DNA of 50,161 bases, from positions 1,413,229 to 1,463,389 of the forward strand of contig NC_068983.1 in NCBI RefSeq assembly GCF_001194135.2. Direction: 5' to 3'. The notes under the pieces were generated by a model that did not search any database, was not told where the DNA came from, and was given only the letters and a program-made list of their open reading frames with translations. Source of the stretch: Octopus bimaculoides (Eukaryota). This document shows, one piece after another, positions 12,101-25,700 of the stretch; position 1 is the stretch's first letter, and each line of letters starts with the position of its first letter. The translations under genes and the position numbers were made by a program.

Positions 12101-15100
12101 AAGACTCCCAAGCTCTAGAAAATTATCAATGGAAAAAAAAGGGGGCAAGTAAAAAAAAAAAAAAAAAGAAACATAAAATCTAATTGTAGCACCCAAGATC
12201 AAGTGATGAAAAGAACTTGATTAAAAAACAAATGTTTATACAGAGAATGTGTCAGAAACATGTAAATCCTGTGGGACTTGGAATGAGAGAGTGGCACAGA
12301 TTGTAACAGAATGCCCCAATTTGTCACAGGGAGAATATAAGAAATGGAGGCACGACCAGGTTGTAAAGGTTTAGCATTGGAAATGGGGATTTGAAGCTGG
12401 AAACACTTGGGACAATCATCGAGTCGAAAGAGTAGGAGAGTCGGGGAAATATAAGATTTTCTGAGACTTTCCGATTCAAGAAATTAGGAAACAGATTCGG
12501 AAGACCGATGTTGCTTATTTACCGATCTATCATACTTGTTTGATTCAAGGCTCGTAAAGAAAGACGAAGAAAATAAAAAATACAAGCTCCAAAAATTTGA
12601 AATAGGAAGAATTTGGAGAATGCGAACAGTAAATGTCGTGCCTGTGATGAGTAGTGCGCTGGGAATAGTAAACCGAAATATAGACAAATGGCTATAGAAT
12701 GACTGGTAAAGCTCCTGCAGAAGGTTTGTCTCTTAGGGACATCAAAGGTTATCAGGAGGGTTGTAAGCACTTGGATGTGTTGTAGGGAATTAGTACACCC
12801 CCTCCCACGTGACGAGTGGAATGGGGCAACCACTGTAAGTAAAGTGACATCGGCCAGTATCGGAAATACTTGGACTACGTAGAGTACCCAAAGCACGAGT
12901 GTAGATTGCGTTGATAGAGTGTCTTTGCTGATCTAGCAATTGTACTACGATGTTTAGGGAAGGTTATAAGGATCCAATCTTTGAGGATAATAACACTGTA
13001 TGAGTGGGGATCGTACAGTGCCAGATAGAAACATTCTATCGACAACTTTGGTATAAAACAATATGCTGTCAGAGCGACAACCATCGTTCAAAAACAGATA
13101 AAACAATGGTGACGAGGATAAACTAATTCACGTGGAGTTAGTAGAAGCTCGTAGAAGAGTTAACAACCTCGAAATGTTTTTTGTTGTGTAACTTTTATGA
13201 AAAATCTGAACATTCTGGAAGATTCGTTGGCCGGTTTGCTTGAGTTGCAAAAGCAGCAATAACAACAGCTGAAAGAACAAGAACAACAGCAGATACACCT
13301 GCAAGAACTACAACAATTGATATTACAATAATAAATGCTGCCATTACTGAAGTCGTCAGAAATGACAGAATAACTGAGTTCAAATACGAACCTGACAAAG
13401 GAATTACCTTCGAATCATACTACAGAAGATATAAGCAAATTTTCGAGAAAAATGTAAAGATGTAAGCGCTTAATGTTGAGAAAACTGGTGGTAACAGAAC
13501 ATGAACGTTACAGTAATCATGTACTCTGAAGAAAACCTTCAGATCTAAACTTTAATGACACAATAGATATATTGTGTAAAGGTTTCAGTGAAAAAGCACC
13601 TTGTTCAACACACATTGAAAGTATCTGAACATAGAGAAAATAGTAACGAGGATTACATCATATATGCTGGTAGGGTAGACAGGGAATGTGAGAAGTTTAA
13701 TCTGGACAAATTAACTCCACATATGTTCAAATACCTGATTTTCACACAGGGACTTACTGCAGAAAAAGACGCAGAAGTCAGAACTAGAATTCTTGCAAAG
13801 CTGGAACAAATCCAGGATGTGATCCTGCAAAAATTGTCTGAAGAATGTGAAAAGATGCTTAAATTAAGACACGCCACAGAGGTAATTGAACGTAAATTGT
13901 TTCCAAGTAAAACCATACGGAATAGTCTGAATAGAGATAAACATCAGGATATAAACCCGGGTTTCTCATGTGGTGGTATGCACCTGAGAAAATATCATCC
14001 ATTTAAAAAAGACTTTTCGTTGTGGAAATATAGGATATATATAAAGTCACGCTGTAGAACGAAAATGATAAAGCATCAGGCAAAAGGTAAAAGAATAAAT
14101 AATATGTCATTAAGGTAGCAAGCTGGCAGAATCGTTAGCACGCAGGGCGAAATGCTTAGCGCTATTTCGTCTGCCGTTACGTTCTGAGTTCAAATTCCAC
14201 CGGGGTCGACTTTGCCTTTCATCCTTTCGGGGTTGATAAATTAAGTACCAGTTACGCACTGGGGTCAATGTAATCGACTTAATCCCTTTGTCTGTCCTTG
14301 TTTGTCCCCTCTATGTTTAGCCCTGCGTTTGCAATAAAGAAATAAGAATAAATAATATGTCATCGGAAGAAATCAGAATTATGACGATGAGAAAATTAGT
14401 GATGGTGAAAATTTGAGATACAATGGTGAAATGCAGTTAGATATGGGTAGTGACATTACTATAGTAAACGAAAAAATGTGGAAATATGTCGGTAAGTCGA
14501 ATTTAATTAAATCTATAAAAGTAGAACACTATGTCTCTGGAAAAAAAAAATTCGGTGAATTTGAATACAATGTAACTTCTCGAGGTCAAGCGAAAACGGC
14601 AAAGATTTATATCGTGAAAGATTCACTTAACTTAGTAGGCACAGAATGGATGGAACTATTTAAATTCAGAGATACAGCCATAGGTTTTCTGTGTGAAAAT
14701 GTAGTTGGATCAGTCAAAGTTTCAAATGAGGCCGGAGTACAGAGGCAAAAAATAAAAAAGATATTTCCAAATGTTCATTTTTTTTTAATAACTATACAAA
14801 AGCAAACCTAAGATTACAGTAAATCAAAGTACAACACCGGTATTTAGGCCCAATCGGCAAGTGCAGTTTGCTGCGAAATAGACTAGGTCAAAAAAGAACT
14901 GGAAAGCCTTGACGACGCAGACAGAGTAGCACCGACGGTTTATGTGCAAAGGAAGAATAACAAACTAAGGGCTTGTGCAGATTCTCCGACAGGGTTTCAC
15001 GATTTTCTAGTCGCACATAACTACCTATTGACCAGTCCAGAAAAATGTTTGCAAAATTTAATGGAGGGAAACTAATCTGTAAATTAGACCTCTCGGGGGC

Positions 15101-15464
15101 ATATCCACAAATACAATTAGAAGAAGAATGCGCACGTTTATTTGTTAACAATAAACACACACCGTGGTTTATTTAAATTTAAGCAACTTCCCTTAAAGCA
15201 AAAGTGGCTTTTACCATATTTCAGCAAGTGACAGATACGACGCTGAGTGGCTGTGATTTCGCTATCAGGCGTCTGGACGATATTTCGAAGAGATTAAAAG
15301 AATAAATGGTATTTATTTATTTATAAATTGTTTTGCATACGTATTTTACCTGTGAATTTGCGTGTGTAAACTGGGAATGCATACAATGAGCTTCTCTGCC
15401 CTAGGCGTACGGAAAATACTCGGCGAGAAATGGAAAAAAAATTGAAGAAAGAAGAAAAAAAAAC

Positions 15465-15532
<68 letters not shown>

Positions 15533-18500
15533 TAAATCCAAACTAAAACTAAGAAATCCAAACTAAAACTAGAGAAATCCAAACTAAAACTAGAGAAATC
15601 CAAACTAAAACTAAGAAATCCAAACTAAAACTAGAGAAATCCAAANNNNNNNNNNNNNNNNNNNNNNNNNNNNNNNNNNNNNNNNNNNNNNNNNNNNNNN
15701 NNNNNNNNNNNNNNNNNNNNNNNNNNNNNNNNNNNNNNNNNNNNNNNNNNNNNNNNNNNNNNNNNNNNNNNNNNNNNNNNNNNNNNNNNNNNNNNNNNNN
15801 NNNNNNNNNNNNNNNNNNNNNNNNNNNNNNNNNNNNNNNNNNNNNNNNNNNNNNNNNNNNNNNNNNNNNNNNNNNNNNNNNNNNNNNNNNNNNNNNNNNN
15901 NNNNNNNNNNNNNNNNNNNNNNNNNNNNNNNNNNNNNNNNNNNNNNNNNNNNNNNNNNNNNNNNNNNNNNNNNNNNNNNNNNNNNNNNNNNNNNNNNNNN
16001 NNNNNNNNNNNNNNNNNNNNNNNNNNNNNNNNNNNNNNNNNNNNNNNNNNNNNNNNNNNNNNNNNNNNNNNNNNNNNNNNNNNNNNNNNNNNNNNNNNNN
16101 NNNNNNNNNNNNNNNNNNNNNNNNNNNNNNNNNNNNNNNNNNNNNNNNNNNNNNNNNNNNNNNNNNNNNNNNNNNNNNNNNNNNNNNNNNNNNNNNNNNN
16201 NNNNNNNNNNNNNNNNNNNNNNNNNNNNNNNNNNNNNNNNNNNNNNNNNNNNNNNNNNNNNNNNNNNNNNNNNNNNNNNNNNNNNNNNNNNNNNNNNNNN
16301 NNNNNNNNNNNNNNNNNNNNNNNNNNNNNNNNNNNNNNNNNNNNNNNNNNNNNNNNNNNNNNNNNNNNNNNNNNNNNNNNNNNNNNNNNNNNNNNNNNNN
16401 NNNNNNNNNNNNNNNNNNNNNNNNNNNNNNNNNNNNNNNNNNNNNNNNNNNNNNNNNNNNNNNNNNNNNNNNNNNNNNNNNNNNNNNNNNNNNNNNNNNN
16501 NNNNNNNNNNNNNNNNNNNNNNNNNNNNNNTTCTAATTGATGTTTCAATACCAGCAGATGACAACGTTTCTCTAAAAGAAATGGAAAAACTTTCAAAATA
16601 CAAAGACCTGGAAATAGAGATAACTCGAATGTGGAATCTAAAAACAGAAACAATTCCTATCATAGTAGGTGCCTTAGGTATAATAAAAAAATATTCAGAC
16701 AAATACATAACAAAAACACCAGGACTTACAAATATATATAACATACAGAAAATTGCACTACTGGGTACTGCACACATTCTACGCAAAACACTTTCAATAC
16801 AGTAAACATAAGAGCACCACAGCAAACCACAGCACATACCCAAGGCGCACAGAGCTGCGCTCGGTAGTGAAGTGAAAGCACGTTATAAAAATAAAACTAC
16901 TGAATAATAATAATAATAGAAAATTGGAAACTATTTGACAAAAGAAATCGTACAACACCCAAAACCTGATCTCAGCGAGTTAAACGAAACTACTCATGCA
17001 CCTACTAAGGCAATTGAATCCAGTTGTATACCTCTGAAAATACAAAGAAATACACACCAGAGAGGAATTCAAATCTGGAAAAGTAAAATTGAAAAAGAAA
17101 TTGAAATAATGAGAGATTAAATATAAATATTAAATGAAACGATGTAAAAACCAGAAAAGGAAGAAAGATGAAAAGAATATATAGAACCTCATCAAGGGAA
17201 GAACTGCTTTCAGCAATAGAAACACTGCAACAAAAAGTCCAAGCAAAAGCTCAAAGAACACGAAGATTTGAGAAGAGAAACAAGTTTTACAAGCAAAATA
17301 AGTTGTTTATATCCAGTGCAAAAGCATTCTACAGAGAAACAGGGAATGAGAAAATAACCGTTGAAGATCCCGTTCCCGTTGAAGATGTTGAGAACGTTTG
17401 GAAAAATAACTGGAGTGATGAAAAGACATACAATGACATTGCAGACTGGATTAGACGCACAGAAGGATCCTACCAAACTTTATCAGAACAAACATCGGAA
17501 GGCATTACAATAGCAAACTTAATGATAGCACTCACGAAGAGCCTTAAGTAGAAATCCTCTGGCAATGATAAGTTACCGAATTCCTGGCTCGCATAGCTTC
17601 CGTGCGCACACGAAAATTAGTTCAGTTATTCTATGAGATCTTACGAAAACATATGATTGATTAACAAGAAGTATTACTTACCTACACCCGAAGAACCACC
17701 GGCCCATAACCTGTCTATCTTCCACATATAAAATGTTAACATCCATCCACGTGGTGAAAACACACAAATTTATGGAACAGAATGATATTTCCCCCACTGA
17801 ACAAAAAGGGTGCCGAGGAGGCTCATATGGATTCAAAGACCAACTCTTAATCAATGGCATGATCCTTGAGAACTGTAATAACAAACACCGAAATCTCAGT
17901 TCTGAATGGATTAAGCATAAAAAGGCCTCCGACAGTATACAGCATTCATGGATCTTGAAGTCGCTGGATATCTTCAAAAATTCTCCTGTAATTTCAAACT
18001 TCTTGAAACATGGCAGCGTGGAATACGAATCTCCAATAATACAATTCTAATGGAATACTGACCACAAACAATATTAATATCAACTGCGGCATTTTCCAAG
18101 GTGACTCACTTTAATTTTCTACATTGCCCAGATACCCCTTACAAGTTTACAAATCAACATCACAGAACAAGGTATGGATACAAAAATTGGCGACTAGAAA
18201 ATAAGTCATGTATTTTATATTGATGACTTAAAACTCTATGGCAAAGACGATAATGAGCTTGAAGGATTTGTGGAAGCATTCAGTGATGACATTGGGAAAG
18301 AATTTGGTCTTGATAAATGTGCCAAGGCCATGTTCCACAAAGGGAAACTGAAGACCTCACATTCAGTGATGTTGGATGTTGACACAGTCATAAAAGAACT
18401 CGAGCAGGAACAAACTTACAAATATCTCGGAATAAATGATGGCTCTGGCATTCAGCATGCAAGTGTGAAAGAGAGAATCAGGAAGGAGTGTTACAGGAGA

Positions 18501-19341
18501 GTTCGAGCAGTCCTAAAATCCGAGTTAAATGCACGTAACAAGGCGTTAGCTATAAATTCCTTGGCAGTTCTTGTTATTTATAGTTTCAATGTGTTGAGCT
18601 GGAATATGAGCGAAGAAGGAAGATTGACAAGAAAATCCGTAAGCTGCTCACTTGCAATAAGATGCACCACCCAAAGGCAGACGCAGATCCTTTTTACCTA
18701 CCCTGAGCTCAAGGAAGGTTAAGGCTTGATCCAATTTGAAATCTCTTACAAAACCACCACAACCGGACTGTTAAAATATATTGAAACATCTAATGACTGG
18801 ATGCTAAAGCTCGTTGCATAATGTGTCAGCATTATAAAATCAAAGCTACTGACAAAAGGTACAAGCACCACTCTGAGGCTGTAACTGAGGGAGAAAATGT
18901 AACTATTCTTTGAGACTTCCCAGTATATAGAGATCGAACCATCAAGACATATAAAGCATGTATCGTTGTGAAAGACAAAAACATTAAAGTCTGTTTATTG
19001 CTTGACATGAGCATACCCTGTGACTATAATATCTCGGCAAAAGAATTTGGTAAGCTCAGAAAATATAAAGATCTGCTAATCGAAATCGAAAAGATGTGGC
19101 ATCTCAAAATGTTTACAATACCAGTTATTGTAGGAGCACTTGGAATGGTAAAAAAAGAACTGAAAATTATTTAAGAATGATCCCTGGTTTAACAGGAAGT
19201 GTAAAAGGTTGTCTTAATTGGTTTGTCACGTGTATTGAGAAGAGCAGTGTCGCTATCTTCTTTCCTTTATGCCCTTTATTTTATTTGTTTACTTTTTTTA
19301 ACTTTTTTATTGTTTCCTTTTTCTCATTGGCCTTCTTCCCC

Positions 19342-19407
<66 letters not shown>

Positions 19408-19817
19408 GCAAACGACAGCACATACCCAAGGCACACAGAGGTGCGCTCGGTAGTGATGTGAATGCACGTTATAAAAATAAAACTACTGAATAATAATAAT
19501 AATAATAATGATGATAATAATGCTTTCAAATTTTGCCTTAATGGCAAAAATTTTGAGGGAGGCGATGAATCGGTTACATCCACCCCAGTGTTCAACTGAT
19601 TCCTATTTCATCGCACCCGAAGGGATGAAAAGCAATGTCGACTTTGGTGAAATTTGAACTCAGAACTTAGCGACGGGTGAAATACCGCTGAGCATTTCGC
19701 CAAGCGTGCTAACGATTGTTCCAGTTCACAGCCTTAGTAGTAGTAGTAGTAGCAGCAGCAGCAACAGTGGTAGTAGTAATAGTAGCATAGTAGCAGCAGT
19801 AGAAGAAGCAGCAGCAC

Positions 19818-19861
<44 letters not shown>

Positions 19862-19878
19862 ACAACAACAACAACAAC

Positions 19879-19920
<42 letters not shown>

Positions 19921-20251
19921 TATTATTATTATTATTATTACTATTATTATTATTAATATTGTTATACATCTTTAAACTAACCTTATTCAGGGACCTCTTG
20001 AGTGGGATGAGTTACTCGAGCTAAAGAAAATTCTAACAGGACCCCATCTGCAAGGTCTTGCTCTGTTCATCTTGTTATGAGATTACCATGCCACGCACAT
20101 ATGGATGCGCTTGGTGTACCCTTATTAAACGGGTAGTCATGGTGTGTATACTGGGCTTCGTGTATTTTACCTCAGTGTCTCTTTGATAAGATGCACTGTT
20201 CTCTCACTCAATGATGATGATGATGATAATAATAATAACAATAACAATAAC

Positions 20252-20287
<36 letters not shown>

Positions 20288-20457
20288 CCCTAAAAAATCA
20301 GCATTGCCTGGAACTTTAAGGGTAATCCGCAGGGTTCTTGAATCATAATTAGTAAATGAATGCTGCTTGAGTCTGCTGGTTGTGGACAGCTGACACTTTG
20401 AATCATACCCAGTAATACAGAGCTGAGACTTTTCATGAAATAGTAGTATATTCTATT

Positions 20458-20532
<75 letters not shown>

Positions 20533-22746
20533 GAAAAGAAGAGTAACGTTCTAAATAGTTATTTGTCGAGATATAAATTATTGAAAGGTTTAACTACTCA
20601 CCACCACATTTATACATCAGGTTAACGATTTTGTAATTATAGAAGCTTGGGTTATTAATTGTCCCGATAACGGCCATCATTCTTTTATCTTTAGTGACAA
20701 TAGGTTCTTCGCGCCCCCTCGCGAAAGTCTAAAATATATAACAGAAATCCAACATCAATAAATCCAGATATATAAATTTATTAAACAAGATTAAATTTGC
20801 CTGAAACTTGATATGCATTCATTAATCTGCTGTGTTCCATTTAGTTTTTGAAGCTTATTTCTCGTACTTACTATCCACAAAGTAATTTATGCGCTTTTGT
20901 TTAACTTCACATTAATGTCTATACAAATAGGGTAAGACTAGTTCTTGGACCCGGCGTTGCTCGTGTTATCCGTGTTGACCTTGTATTGAATAAGAATTTC
21001 CTTAGTGACTATTCTATCGATTTTGTTGAAATTTTACACGTGAAAAGATGCAAAAGTTGCAGGAAAAATAACATCGTTTTGGAAATTTCCATTCAAACGC
21101 CCGATTGAGCTCACAAAACCCATCGCTACCAACTGAGCATTATCGAGTTTTCGAAAAATTCCGGCCTTATTTGAACTTCAGGGCATGTGATCCACCAATG
21201 TGCCTCAAATCATTAAAATCGGTTGGACGGTGTGGGAAGAGTTAGAGTAAACCCAAACACACACACACACAGACACCATTACACATTTATGCATTTTGAT
21301 TTCCAGAGAATTGTGGATATAAGGAGAATTCTCTAAGTGAAGAGATTGAACCTAAATGTTGTTCTGTGTGGCATACAACAGAAATGACAATAAAAAGATG
21401 TTAAGCAGCTTGATTACCTAAAGGAAAATTAGGGAAATATAGAGAGAAATGAGCAAACTATAATGAGTCACAGCGCCAATCGTATATCGTAACATTTGAG
21501 TGAAGGGTAAAGCGGTAGCCTGGTAGAATGGTTAGCAGGCCCGACAAAATGTTTAGCAGTATCTCACCCGTCTGCTAAGGTCGACTTTCTATTTATCCTT
21601 TCGAGGTCAATAAAATAATAATACCGTACTGGTGTCGGTGGCGTCGAATTATGCTCTCACCCAAATTGCTGCCCTTGAGTCAAAATTTACACCAATATAT
21701 GAATGAAGGCTTACTAATCGTTCATTTTCCTCTCTAAGAATTTCAGTGTTTGCTGTCCTATAGCGTCTCAATTATTGCACAAGCTGCACTTTCCAACTTT
21801 GGAAGCAGCACTTCAGCTTTGAAAGCAAGTGTCATTATTTTTTGTACAGAAGTAGCTATTATGGGAAATCACAAACTTGAGTGAGGCCAGCAAAATAAAT
21901 TTTAAGTGATTAAAATTGATGAAATAGCAATAAGCGAAATACAAATACTGAATATGATTTGTGTTTGTAGTGGGACGGACGTAGAAACTCTATCAAGAAT
22001 TGAATGAGTAACCTAAACACACTGTACATTACAAAACTTGCCAGTCAATAATGTTCTTTATACCCATATTAATTTCAAATTTTGGCACAAGTCCTTTGAT
22101 CCTCCGCAGTGTTTAACTGTTACTTATATTATCGACCTCAAAAGGATGAAAAGCGAAGTCCTTCTCGGTGGCATTTGAACTCGGAATGTAAAGACCCACG
22201 AAATGCCATTCAGCAATTTACCCGACATGCTAACTTTTCCGTTAGCTCGGCGCCTTTCTTTATAGCAATATTAGTTATTCAAATGTGACGACGAGCTAGT
22301 AGAATCGGTACCGCCCCGGAAAAATGCTTAGCGGCATTTTTTCCGACTTTTCGTTCTAGGTGAAGATCCTCCCGAGGACAACTTTGCGTTTCTTTTATTC
22401 GGGGTCGTGAAAATAAGCACCAGTTGAGCACTGTGGTTGATGTAATCGAATTTCGCTGCTCCGCCCCCGCGCAAATACTGACCTTTGAAAATTAAAGAAA
22501 TCTATGAAACCAGTTAAGTCCTTAAAAATCTAAAAATAAAAGATCTAAACAGATTCCAGTACATTTTCAGCTTCTTTTCTACTTTTCTATATTTCTACCC
22601 GAATGAAATAACGTTACATACATACATACATACATACATACACACATACAAACATACACGCACACATATACGAACATGGATATAATAAACAACATTCCAC
22701 AAAGACATAGTGCAACACATGGAAGATACACCTATGGAGGAAGTAA

Positions 22747-22777
<31 letters not shown>

Positions 22778-25700
22778 NNNNNNNNNNNNNNNNNNNNNNN
22801 NNNNNNNNNNNNNNNNNNNNNNNNNNNNNNNNNNNNNNNNNNNNNNNNNNNNNNNTATCTTATATATATATATCTTAGAGAGTAAAATAGTGGAATAGTT
22901 ATATCTTGAAAATGGTAATAAGGATAAGTATATAATATTAGAAATATTGTATTGATGGATAAATAAAGTACAGCTATAATAATAAAAAAGGTTTTAAAAC
23001 GTTTAAAAGTTCTTACGATCGTTTCGGGAATATACTTTCTCTTAAAATGAAGTCTAAATTTTATAAGCATCGTTGGGAAGTATATCCATTCATAAGAGAA
23101 TGGAGACGAAAGGATGAATTTTGGTGGAGGAAATCGAATGAATAAAATGCTGTTTAAATCGAATGAGGAAATTGTTTTAAAAAATTATTGGTAATCAATG
23201 ATACAGTGATAAATCAGCTTTTAGCACGAAAGAGGTCCACTCATGAAAAGCTTCCTGACCCAAACGTTAAGAACAAAGTGTAACTAGAAAAGTTGTACAA
23301 GTGTCAGAATGCAGACTTGCAAAAAGAACTCAGGAGGCTTAAAGACACCCGGTGGGGAAATTTGTCTGAGGAGGTACAGGCAGCTTATGGCAGGAAAGAC
23401 ATTAAAAGTTTCTATAGTTTATTGTGGCAAGCTTTTGGACCGCGATCTTCATCGTCATATGTTCCATTGAAGTCGAATGATGGAAGTGAGGCTATTAAAG
23501 ATCCTTCTGGAATAATGAATGGATGGAGAGAACACTTTGCAGATCTTTTCCTCAATCTGTCTGTAGTGAACATGGACATCATAAACAACATTCCGCAAAG
23601 AGAAATAGTGCAACACATAAACGATACACCTTCCCCTGAAAAAGTAAATCTGGCATTATGTCAACTGAGACCAGGTAAAGCTCCTGGATTGGATGGTATT
23701 ACAGCTGAAATCCTGAGAGCAGGTGGGGTTCACATTTCATCTGAGATGCATAACCTGATAACTCGAGTTTGGAATGAATCTTCTGTGCCACAAGAATAAA
23801 TGGCATTCTAATCTCTGTATACAAGGGTAAGAGCCCNNNNNNNNNNNNNNNNNNNNNNNNNNNNNNNNNNNNNNNNNNNNNNNNNNNNNNNNNNNNNNNN
23901 NNNNNNNNNNNNNNNNNNNNNNNNNNNNNNNNNNNNNNNNNNNNNNNNNNNNNNNNNNNNNNNNNNNNNNNNNNNNNNNNNNNNNNNNNNNNNNNNNNNN
24001 NNNNNNNNNNNNNNNNNNNNNNNNNNNNNNNNNNNNNNNNNNNNNNNNNNNNNNNNNNNNNNNNNNNNNNNNNNNNNNNNNNNNNNNNNNNNNNNNNNNN
24101 NNNNNNNNNNNNNNNNNNNNNNNNNNNNNNNNNNNNNNNNNNNNNNNNNNNNNNNNNNNNNNNNNNNNNNNNNNNNNNNNNNNNNNNNNNNNNNNNNNNN
24201 NNNNNNNNNNNNNNNNNNNNNNNNNNNNNNNNNNNNNNNNNNNNNNNNNNNNNNNNNNNNNAAGCAGGGAGGCACTTTGGATTGTGTAAACTTGGTTGCC
24301 CAACACATTTTGTGAGCATCTTTAAAGAACTACACAGAAACATAAAAGCTCAAGTAGTCTTTAATGGTCAGCTATCTCATGAATTTTTGGTGGACAACGG
24401 TGTCAAACAGGGAGATATTCCTGCCCCTACATTTTTCTCTATTTATTTTGCTGCGTTGCTTTGGTATACTTTCAAGGATTGCAACAGGGGAATCGGAATC
24501 ATTTTTCGGATATCTGGTCGTATTTTGAATTTTATCCGGTTTAACTGCAAAGCAAAGACTTTCGAAATATTTGTTAGAGAATTACTTTATGCTGATGATG
24601 CTGATTTGTTGGCACATTCAAAGGAGGATATGCAACATTTAATGGACATATTTTCCACTGCATGTGTACATTTCGGATTTACATTAAGTTTGGGGAAAAC
24701 CAAAGTAATGTTTACTCCCGTGTCAGGTCAAACATATTCTGAACCAAACATTTTTGTGAATGGAACACGGTTAGAAGTTGTTGACATCTTTGTTTATCTA
24801 GAAAGCACACTGTCAAGAGATGGTAGTCTTGGTGCAGAGATATACTATTGAATAGGGAAGGGATGTGTTGCATTTGGAAAGCTCGAAAAGCGAGAATGAG
24901 CGGACAGAGGTATTTCCCTGCGGACACAAATCAGTGTCTATAAAGTGTGTATTGTCTGCACTTCTTTATTCAAGTGAGACATGGACCACTTACAAGCATC
25001 ACATAAAAATGCTGGAGAAATATCATCAAAAGTGCCTCAGACGTATCTTAGGAGTCAAATGAGAATGTTTCACACCATATACAGAGGTTTTGTGCATGGT
25101 ACGTTGCAGCTCACTTGAACAACATGTTATCTTGTCTCAAATGAGATCGACTGGACATGTGATTAGAATGAAAAACAAGCGTTTTCTATGGTGAGCTCAA
25201 CTCTGGTAAGAGACCACAATATAAGCCGAAGAAAAGGTATAAAGACTGTGTTAAGAAAAACCCGAAGAAACTTGATGTGAACAAAAGTGATTGGAAAAAT
25301 GGTGTTCTAGATCGGAACATGTGGAGAGGTGCTTTTAGAATTGGTTGCAATGCCTGGGAGGGAAAAATGCTTCAGTACCTTGAACTGAAAATGGCCTGCT
25401 GCAAAGGAACAATTGGAACTGTAATCAACAGTGAACATTGGATTTGTATTATATGTGACCGCGTTTTGTTGTCAAAAGCAGGATACGTGAACCATATGAA
25501 GTGAAATGAAAATCGTAATGCCAAGATAGGTAATGATCTTGGACACAAACCACCTCTTACAAGTTGCGTCGTATGTCGCAAAACTTGTAAGACAATATTT
25601 CGACTTAAAAGGCATATGGTGGTTCAGAAAATCCTTCCTTCGGAATCAGATTCCCAAGGGCAAAGATATAGAAGAAACTTGAATAATATCTGTCACTTGT

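Noticed and set aside
15534-15645. Regular short repeats as a CRISPR array
   Set aside because: No unique spacers, no cas genes, eukaryotic context.
22672-22748. Short match to RTE sequence at about 23568-23648
   Set aside because: Diverged fragment stranded between microsatellites; best explained as debris of an older copy.
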